Program-made: the position numbers and the translations under genes
In this document: piece by piece, positions 57,268 to 64,000 of the stretch
Position numbering within the stretch: position 1 is the stretch's first letter
Layout of the letters: each line of letters opens with the position of its first letter
Source: a virus
Taxonomy: Duplodnaviria; Heunggongvirae; Uroviricota; Caudoviricetes
Strand: one strand, 5' to 3'
DNA: 64,000 nt
IMG/VR virus record: IMGVR_UViG_3300025693_000001
The notes under the pieces: generated by a model
What the model saw: the letters and a program-made list of their open reading frames with translations, nothing else
Told to the model about the DNA's origin: nothing
Database searches by the model: none

Positions 57268-58275
57268 TCAACAGTGTAACGGAAATAATTCTTTTGGTAA
57301 TAGACATTCACTGATACCTCGGTCCGCCATGTACGTTAATACGTTGCGTGAGGTGCAATTCATTAGATATTTACAGTCACCACACTCATCTGTTGTCGTT
57401 GCGTATTTTACCTGATCAGTAAACACGTTTTGTTGAAGGACACTCAATGCTTCCATTGAATATGGTTTTGGTATGTGATATGTTTTCGTGTTTTGTGGGA
57501 GGTCATCGGACATATACGACATCATGTAAAACTCACCAGCATTGAAACAAAAATTGGTGAATGGTACGGGTCCGATGTAACGATCCACAATATCGATATC
57601 CCCACACACCTGATTGCGCACCATATTGTTAAATTTGTGTGCATTTGATATTATCGTATTCGGGTTATGAGATCGGAAAGACGATAACACCACGCGTAAT
57701 TCAGCTCCAAAATCTTGGGCTAGCTTCACTCGAATGGTATTGATGGAGTATTGATCGAACATAGTTTCTGCATAAAAATTAACAGTAAATACAACAACAT
57801 CCGGATCACAAATCTTTAAGTTTGTTCGGATTGTGTTTATATATTGCTTATCATCGGACATATATTTCGTGATATCCAAAACCGGAAACAATTCAAACTC
57901 GCACTTATTTGGTTGGCTATCAATGAATGTCTTAATTTTGTCCATACGTTTGGTGACTATGTCACTCGATGCCAATAACGTAGAGTTCATCGATAGTGCG
58001 TATGTCGGAATGGCTAGCAGATCGGGGTGTTCGATTGTTTCATCGAAGTTTGTTGCTGTGAATATATCGGTGGAGCCTAGAATCAACTCCATTTTTGCTC
58101 CCATACCAGTTATCATCATATCCGCAAACGATCGTACCGATGATAATTGTTCGGATGTTGTTACGTTTTTGCGATTGATGAAGCATCCAGGGCAGTTGTA
58201 ATCACATCCATTGAGTACATCCAGAATCAATTCGATCCCTATCCCACCGTTTAGAAGTTCAATGTTGTGTTGCAT
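57268..58275 (-). CDS. Radical-SAM-like protein
   Basis: CDYNCPGC (CxxxCxxC); C-terminal CGDCKYLMNC (SPASM-like). Confidence 0.7.
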   Translation of the reverse strand: MQHNIELLNGGIGIELILDVLNGCDYNCPGCFINRKNVTTSEQLSSVRSFADMMITGMGAKMELILGSTDIFTATNFDETIEHPDLLAIPTYALSMNSTLLASSDIVTKRMDKIKTFIDSQPNKCEFELFPVLDITKYMSDDKQYINTIRTNLKICDPDVVVFTVNFYAETMFDQYSINTIRVKLAQDFGAELRVVLSSFRSHNPNTIISNAHKFNNMVRNQVCGDIDIVDRYIGPVPFTNFCFNAGEFYMMSYMSDDLPQNTKTYHIPKPYSMEALSVLQQNVFTDQVKYATTTDECGDCKYLMNCTSRNVLTYMADRGISECLLPKELFPLHC

Positions 58276-58340
58276 TTCTATCCTACCTGTATAAGTGAGT
58301 CTGTTATAAATACAAAGCACACAGATAACGGAGAGTGTAG

Positions 58341-58616
58341 ATGACAGTAATAAAGCATATTATCGGGTTGATTTGTTTGATCGTATGGGGTTATGCCATA
58401 TATGATATGTTCGAATATGGTACACACAACTGCTTGGTATTGTATACGATTGGTGTTACTCTTCATTGTTTTTTTGTCGTGATGTTATCGTATTCAGTAT
58501 ACCACCACCGAACACACCACCGATCATTTTGTTGGCAATGCTTATCTGGTGAGCACGACACGTGTCGTAGATCAGATGAAGCTAGAATAAAGTCGTTGTT
58601 ATATAAACATCACTAG
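58341..58616 (+). CDS. Small two-TM membrane protein
   Basis: TATAAATA at 58305-58312 and GGAG RBS. Confidence 0.55.
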   Translation: MTVIKHIIGLICLIVWGYAIYDMFEYGTHNCLVLYTIGVTLHCFFVVMLSYSVYHHRTHHRSFCWQCLSGEHDTCRRSDEARIKSLLYKHH

Positions 58617-58945
58617 ACCGTGAAACTAGAACCACAACCACAGGTAGCGGTTGCGTTTGGATTCTGAATAGAAAACTGAGAGCCCATTATGCCAGTCACG
58701 TAGTCAATTGTTGCATCGATTAAGTACCCAATACTCATAGAATCAACCAATATATCAACATCATGTTGACTAATAATTGTGTCATCGTCGTTGGTGATGT
58801 CATCAAATTTAAAACCGTATTGAAAACCGGAACACCCACCACCAGAAACATACACTCGCAATTTCATGTCCCCATCCGTATCAGCTAACAAGCTTTTGAC
58901 TTGTGTAGCTGCATCTTCCGTAAACGTGATGTTATGCTGATTCAT
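58613..58945 (-). CDS. erpA: A-type Fe-S cluster carrier (ErpA/IscA family)
   Basis: [31 protein letters not shown]. Confidence 0.93.
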   Translation of the reverse strand: MNQHNITFTEDAATQVKSLLADTDGDMKLRVYVSGGGCSGFQYGFKFDDITNDDDTIISQHDVDILVDSMSIGYLIDATIDYVTGIMGSQFSIQNPNATATCGCGSSFTV

Positions 58946-59300
58946 ATTTTAGCACGATTTGCTCTAAGTCTTCCAATACGGTAGACAACGTAACTTTTTC
59001 ATCAACGTTTTCCGTTTGTTCATTCCACGTGGTTAAGTTGTTAATCGTGTACTGCAATTCTTTAACAACATCCGATACAGTAGGTAACGTATCTTCTTTT
59101 GATGGGCGCTTAGTATTATACACTGCATCGCCAAATTTGGCACGTTCGATTATAACTTGATCAGCTGCTTTGTGCAACAATTTTGGTAAATCGTCAGACC
59201 GATTATGGTCGAATGATGATGAAATAGTGGTTCCATTGAGGACCAATTCGTATTGGCTAACGCCTAGTGGGTTACCACCAATTCTAGTTATTGTTATCAT
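58932..59300 (-). CDS. Hypothetical protein
   Basis: 122 aa, coupled. Confidence 0.55.
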   Translation of the reverse strand: MITITRIGGNPLGVSQYELVLNGTTISSSFDHNRSDDLPKLLHKAADQVIIERAKFGDAVYNTKRPSKEDTLPTVSDVVKELQYTINNLTTWNEQTENVDEKVTLSTVLEDLEQIVLKYESA

Positions 59301-59592
59301 TCTCTTTTTCCATTTGGTTGATTAATCTGGTGTTTACATCTTTATTCCACTTCAGCACATTTGGGTTTTCCAATTTGTTTCCATCCAACACATCAACCAA
59401 TATTGATGTGAGCACTTCAACGGGAATCTCCACATCTATGCAATGCACACAACAATGTCCTACGGTAAGACGAACCATGTTGTCGTCGTGTTCGGACCCT
59501 TTGGTGAGCTCGATGAAATCGCCTCCGTTGTTACCTTCGGCGTAGAATTCGTTTAGTATAGATTTATGATACTTTGGGGGGTTTTTAAGCAT
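59284..59592 (-). CDS. Hypothetical protein
   Basis: 102 aa, coupled. Confidence 0.55.
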   Translation of the reverse strand: MLKNPPKYHKSILNEFYAEGNNGGDFIELTKGSEHDDNMVRLTVGHCCVHCIDVEIPVEVLTSILVDVLDGNKLENPNVLKWNKDVNTRLINQMEKENDNNN

Positions 59593-59864
59593 TATTCTTG
59601 AAGGTTTACTACCCAGTTGGCATTAAATTTGAAATCGTGTATTGAGTGGTCACTGAAAGAGAAGAGAGCAGTAAACTCTTCACGTGTGATCCAAGTCGGG
59701 TCTTGTACGTCAAGCAAAGACATTTGTTTGCATATAATCATATCAAGCACACCAAGTGTTCCATTGCAGTTTTGCACTATTAGAAACTGTTCTTGTTGAC
59801 CGGCAGTAACATATGTTCCAATACCGATGTGTGGTGATTCTGTTTCGTCTCTAAACATTCCCAT
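59592..59864 (-). CDS. Hypothetical protein
   Basis: Start reset to MGMFRD so it does not overlap the tRNA. Confidence 0.5.
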   Translation of the reverse strand: MGMFRDETESPHIGIGTYVTAGQQEQFLIVQNCNGTLGVLDMIICKQMSLLDVQDPTWITREEFTALFSFSDHSIHDFKFNANWVVNLQE

Positions 59865-59888
59865 GGGAATCCTATTTAGTGGGTGAAT

Positions 59889-59963
59889 TGGCTGAGCTAC
59901 CAGGATTTGAACCTGGGATGCCTGAGTCAAAGTCAGGTGTGTTACCAGTTACACCATAGCTCA
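59889..59963 (-). tRNA. tRNA-Gln(UUG)
   Basis: U1-A72, G73, loop CUUUGAC, CCA. Confidence 0.93.
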
Positions 59964-59969
59964 ATTGTT

Positions 59970-60046
59970 TGGAGCAGACGACGAGATTCGAACTCGTAAA
60001 ACTCTGATTGGAAATCAGAGAGGATACCATTCCCTTACACGTCTGC
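59970..60046 (-). tRNA. tRNA-Gly(UCC)
   Basis: Loop UUUCCAA, U73, CCA. Confidence 0.9.
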
Positions 60047-60051
60047 GTAAT

Positions 60052-60357
60052 TTATTTTAGTGGATGATCAGTACTTATGTTAGTATCATCTTTTTTTGTT
60101 GATAGTTCGTTTTTTGGTACCGAAAACAATACCGTATCTGTGTTTCGGTTATACCACATAACACACCAACATACAAACACTAAAGTAACACTAAGCGGAC
60201 CAAATAATCCAAATCCAGCGATAAACAAAGCATCAGATACTGTTATATCCCTGTCCATCTTTTCATTGTCGTATTTTTCCTGTAACCTCCCAATTTGGTA
60301 GAATCCTGCATAACAACCGATTACTCCAATTACAAACCAACACAAAACGTACAACAT
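60052..60357 (-). CDS. Membrane protein
   Basis: Two TM segments. Confidence 0.55.
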   Translation of the reverse strand: MLYVLCWFVIGVIGCYAGFYQIGRLQEKYDNEKMDRDITVSDALFIAGFGLFGPLSVTLVFVCWCVMWYNRNTDTVLFSVPKNELSTKKDDTNISTDHPLK

Positions 60358-60737
60358 AAAAACCTCTATTTTATTTAAAAGTGTGGATGTTTTACCGACC
60401 TATACATCCGAACGCGTAAGCACAACACATTGATTAATATACTGTCATGCCAGACACCGTTTTCATCCACTCAACAAAGGAGTGGCAGTGTGGTGTTCTA
60501 AAAACTCTACAACCAACATACCTTGGTGCTGTTCCACCTCTTCGTATGTTTTTAAAAATTCTTCATCGCTTACATTTCGCAAATATTCATCTATTGCCTT
60601 CAACGATGTTTCTAGTACATTTGTCATAACATACCCATAAAATTAAAAAATTAAAATAATGATCCACCTATCCTCTAGGGCCCGTCCGGACAGGGAATCA
60701 ACATCCAACACAACTAGACCGTGATCCGTCGTGTCTA

Positions 60738-60806
60738 TCACATCACCAGGAATCAAACCTGTAGACCTTAATCGGGTCCGCTGTTTATGTTCAGCTACGA
60801 TTGCGA
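60738..60806 (-). pseudogene. Degenerate tRNA-like element with own sigma70 promoter
   Basis: D-arm-like UAGCUG..CAGC, GACC/GGUC stem, CAGG-UUUGAUU-CCUG T-arm; TTGACA-N17-TAGAAT at 60842-60814. Confidence 0.5.
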
Positions 60807-60953
60807 ATTTGTTATTCTACCGGTAACATCGTTGGATGTCAACCAGTAAAATGAAATAATATGCCCACCCCAACCAAGCGTCGACTCTCAATCGAGGAGG
60901 GCGGCTACCGGTAGTATTGTTCCCCCCGGCCGCGACATCAGGGTACTACCTTG

Positions 60954-61026
60954 CTTGGGTGAAGGAGTCGAACCTACAACTATCGCATACAAATACGATA
61001 TGCTTTACCACTTAAGCTACCACCAA
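60954..61026 (-). pseudogene. Degenerate tRNA-Thr(UGU)-like element
   Basis: Good D-arm and T-loop; enlarged anticodon loop UAUUUGUAUG; mismatched acceptor stem. Confidence 0.55.
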
Positions 61027-61344
61027 ACTGTTACACACTCCAGGGAAACGATCCTGGCTATCAAACAAATCCACATCACCTCAAGGTATGTAATTAATGT
61101 GGGGGATGATGAAATCCATTTTAGTGTTTGTTAAACCCAATATCTTGGGTGTTTTTATGATCTCTGGATTTACCAGAATCTCCGTTCATAGGCGGCTTAG
61201 GTTAGCCCAGATCACAAATTAGTATTTTACATAGGAACTTATCCGATGTAAAGGAATAAATTTGTTTGTAAATTGGTAGAGGTGCACTTAGCCAATTTAC
61301 AAACACATTCGATTCAACAAGTAAACTAATACCCGACGAACCTT

Positions 61345-61416
61345 GCCACATTAGATGGGATTCGAACCCATATATTACGCTTATCCGCGCTGCATTGTCC
61401 GTTATGCTACCGTGGT
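61345..61416 (-). pseudogene. Degenerate tRNA-Ile(GAU)-like element
   Basis: Good D- and T-arms; 6-nt loop GGAUAA; bulged acceptor. Confidence 0.55.
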
Positions 61417-61763
61417 GACTACTTTGTGCATACCAGATAAATCTAGTATGCGAATAAAATACTACCTCCACTATGAATTGCAGTTCATTCGTAGAGGTGT
61501 CATTCCGGCAACCTGATAGGACTGCAATCCCGTCGAGCCACCTTGCCCTCCGTTGAGTCTTAGTCTCGGGAGAACTCATGACAGTCGGGGAGTGTTACTC
61601 CAATCGTCGCCATGTTATATGTTAACCAAGCTTGAATGACTTGATATCCCTACAGAAAACGCAGAGGTGGGTTTTAAACCACAACAGAAGAAGAAAAAGT
61701 TGACGGGAGCTATCTAGGCCTCTCCACGCCCCTCAGTTAAGAGTGTCATTCGTCAACTTTTAG

Positions 61764-61836
61764 AGCACCTAGCCGGATTCGAACCGGCGTGTATAATGAT
61801 TTGCAATCATTCGCATATCCTCTTTGCTATAGGTGC
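61764..61836 (-). tRNA. tRNA-Cys(GCA)
   Basis: Loop UUGCAAA; U73. Confidence 0.92.
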
Positions 61837-61871
61837 TTAATGGTGGGACTACAAATCCCACTCAGTATAAC

Positions 61872-62324
61872 TTATAATGTGCCGTACTTTGCGTATATGG
61901 CGTCGATGAGTTCTACTTGTTGTCCGGTCCATACCAATCGAACATCACGCTCTTGCAATTCTTGTGCATATGCTTTCATGCTTACAATTACAGCAGCTTG
62001 GATGTCATCTGTTATTGCAGATACATGCAACAATAAATGTACCACTTTTTCGGTAGCGGTAATGCTTACTTTGGTTGGTTTAACCCAACCTTCCGATGCC
62101 GCAAATTCCAGCAACCATGGTTCAAACCTAACGTTTTTCGTGTTGGGTCCTTTCCTCATCCACCGTGAAATGGTTTTGGTTGATGCTGGTTTCTTGTGCA
62201 AATCGGTGCACTGATTCCATTTAACGGCTATACCATTTTCAACAAACATCGTTAATAGATATTTTCGTGCTGATGTTAGTTCAATTGATGTTATTTCTGG
62301 TTGTTCTTGTGTTAATTCGGTCAT
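61872..62324 (-). CDS. Hypothetical protein
   Basis: 150 aa with AAGGA RBS. Confidence 0.6.
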   Translation of the reverse strand: MTELTQEQPEITSIELTSARKYLLTMFVENGIAVKWNQCTDLHKKPASTKTISRWMRKGPNTKNVRFEPWLLEFAASEGWVKPTKVSITATEKVVHLLLHVSAITDDIQAAVIVSMKAYAQELQERDVRLVWTGQQVELIDAIYAKYGTL

Positions 62325-62749
62325 AAATGTTCCTTAATTGTAATTTGGCAAAGTCTTGCCGGTATTACCCCACTAACCACTCTGTGGTACTGTGGGGGTC
62401 ATACATACACCATTGTATGTATTTGTTATGTGGATGGTTTGTCATCCGTAAAGCCCATATTATAGGCGTATTTGTTAAAAAAGTCAATCAAAATATCCAA
62501 TTTTTTTATTACTTCTTCATCACTCATATCATTGGCCTATCATCTGATCTATTCATATTCTGGGCCAATCGTCATTGATTGAGGTAATGCTACCCCAATC
62601 ACCTACCGTGATATCACGGTAACCTTCTGAAAGTTCTTTAGTCATCACCCACCCCAACCTTCGTTGTTCTCACGGTGACCTTCGTCAAATTTAATAATAC
62701 TTTTTTCATTCATAAAAATTACTCCATTGTAAAATTAGTATTTATGCTT

Positions 62750-62821
62750 TGGCAGACCGAGTGGGAGTTGAACCCACCTCAAAGTGATTTGGAGTCACTC
62801 TTGCGTCCCGGCGCCCGACCT
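62750..62821 (-). tRNA. tRNA-Trp(CCA) with minimal D-arm
   Basis: AGUGA-CUCCAAA-UCACU; G73-CCA. Confidence 0.85.
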
Positions 62822-62828
62822 ATATACT

Positions 62829-63092
62829 CTAACTAAAAAAACCATCCGCCCCTGGCTCAACATACCCAAAACGTGTGAGTAAGTTACTATCAGGTTCTCC
62901 GTGATAATACACAGTTGTACTTGGTATCGGTGGAAGTCCTATCGCTTTCCTGAACATATTATATGATGGTTTTGGAGTTATTACAACCTCTCCTATATAA
63001 TCAATAAACGCTTCGTTAAAATTTGTAGTTATCTTCCACCCAACAGGAGGTTCAACGTACCACTGACACTTCGGATTTGTATAGTTGTTCAT
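62829..63092 (-). CDS. Hypothetical protein
   Basis: Start reset to MNNY downstream of tRNA-Phe. Confidence 0.5.
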   Translation of the reverse strand: MNNYTNPKCQWYVEPPVGWKITTNFNEAFIDYIGEVVITPKPSYNMFRKAIGLPPIPSTTVYYHGEPDSNLLTRFGYVEPGADGFFS

Positions 63093-63113
63093 ATCGATTT
63101 TCCTACATATATT

Positions 63114-63191
63114 TGGTGGAATCGGAGGGATTCGAACCCTCGTACTCTGGAACTTCAACCCAGCGCTAATCCTATTCTCAGCTACGATTCC
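63114..63191 (-). tRNA. tRNA-Phe(GAA)
   Basis: Loop UUGAAGU; A73-CCA. Confidence 0.92.
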
Positions 63192-63229
63192 ATTGTTGGT
63201 GGTGCAACATCGTCACACCACCGGTTGTG

Positions 63230-63970
63230 TTATACTGTTGGTTTTCTGCGTGTAGCAATCAATCCAACCATACCAGAGCCTAACAACAACAATGCGCTAG
63301 GTGTTGGTACTGTTGATACGTTACCGTCCGAAAACGCTGATGTTCGATATTCGTAATCGGCATGCACTAGAGTGGAGTCGTTGTTACTCCCAACCAAGCT
63401 GAACGATAAATCAGCAAAATTTCCATCACCCATGCTTCGTGAGCCTGTATCAAATCGGGTCCCTTGGGATCCACCAACAACATCGATAAAACCGTTAGCA
63501 CGGTACGAAACGTCATCTGAGTGACCAGCAATCAGTCCGGCAATGATAGCATCCAACCACAACTCACCAGTTCCGATTGTGGTAGCTGAGTCCGTAAAGT
63601 TTAGTCCGCTATCAAAGTTATTCGTGGCCGATTCATAAAACTTTACTGTTCCACCGTCAGAACCAAGTGCAATAAAGTCATTAGTCACTAGGTCCTTGTT
63701 GGAGTGGATACCATCAAACACAAATGCTAAATATGTATTATCCGCACCATACGACCAAGCTATGTCGCCAGCTGCATCCAAGATGGACGTGATTCTACCA
63801 ACACCTCTGGTACCAGTACCGTTGATGGTATTCTTGCTGGTATCGATATATGCTTGCCCGATAAATTGAAAGTCACCTGCAGACATAATCACTGCAGCAT
63901 TTGCGGTATTTGAAACCACCATAGGAAGCATAGCCAATAGCAATGCCACCACCATAAAAATTCTTTTCAT
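63230..63970 (-). CDS. Secreted protein with PEP-CTERM-type exosortase sorting signal
   Basis: Signal peptide ending ANA; C-terminal VPTPSALLLLGSGMVGLIATRRK. Confidence 0.88.
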   Translation of the reverse strand: MKRIFMVVALLLAMLPMVVSNTANAAVIMSAGDFQFIGQAYIDTSKNTINGTGTRGVGRITSILDAAGDIAWSYGADNTYLAFVFDGIHSNKDLVTNDFIALGSDGGTVKFYESATNNFDSGLNFTDSATTIGTGELWLDAIIAGLIAGHSDDVSYRANGFIDVVGGSQGTRFDTGSRSMGDGNFADLSFSLVGSNNDSTLVHADYEYRTSAFSDGNVSTVPTPSALLLLGSGMVGLIATRRKPTV

Positions 63971-64000
63971 AATTGTTACCTCGTTTAGTTAGTTAGAGTT

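Noticed and set aside
3391-59799. Numerous antisense ORFs in the six-frame track (e.g. 3391-3738, 8523-8942, 25679-26116, 53219-53641)
   Set aside because: Shadows of well-supported genes on the opposite strand
60862-60950. HDV-like/theta or hammerhead ribozyme after the Thr-like element
   Set aside because: A P1-like helix followed by GG is present, but I could not place P3/L3 or the catalytic C, and there is no CUGANGA...GAAA core; left as unclassified structure
61202-61579. 125-aa ORF, and similar ORFs at 37539-37721 and 47394-47576
   Set aside because: They overlap tRNA or ncRNA structure and lack an RBS and coding-like composition
1-64000. TAG-recoded genetic code
   Set aside because: Conserved genes translate full length in code 11 and several end in TAG at their expected C-termini

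Overview
64-kb segment of a large (jumbo-type) tailed dsDNA phage, in the standard genetic code, with most genes on the minus strand. The left part (1-33 kb) holds T4-like replication and nucleotide genes: PolB (cut by the window edge), gp41-like helicase, primase, two topoisomerase II subunits, nrdAB/glutaredoxin, dCMP deaminase, DHFR, ThyA and PhoH. It also holds a few virion and cell-wall genes, an Acb1-like anti-CBASS protein and a circularly permuted (two-piece) tmRNA. The right part (33-64 kb) is an RNA- and translation-rich accessory region. It has about 15 intact tRNAs including an amber (CUA) suppressor, several degenerate tRNA-like RNAs, bS21, an RNA ligase, Thg1, GroES, sHSP, ErpA, a CoaE-CoaD fusion, a Tad2-like protein, a PurA-like/vWA/J-pseudokinase trio and homing endonucleases. 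The most striking element, invisible to the ORF track, is a family of nine structurally covarying Y-RNA-like ncRNAs. Eight lie in an array at 47338-48445 and one at 44741-44809, flanking a 704-aa helical protein with a C-terminal TerD domain; some units carry circularly permuted tRNA-like cargo. All family assignments come from motif recognition by eye; no searches were run.
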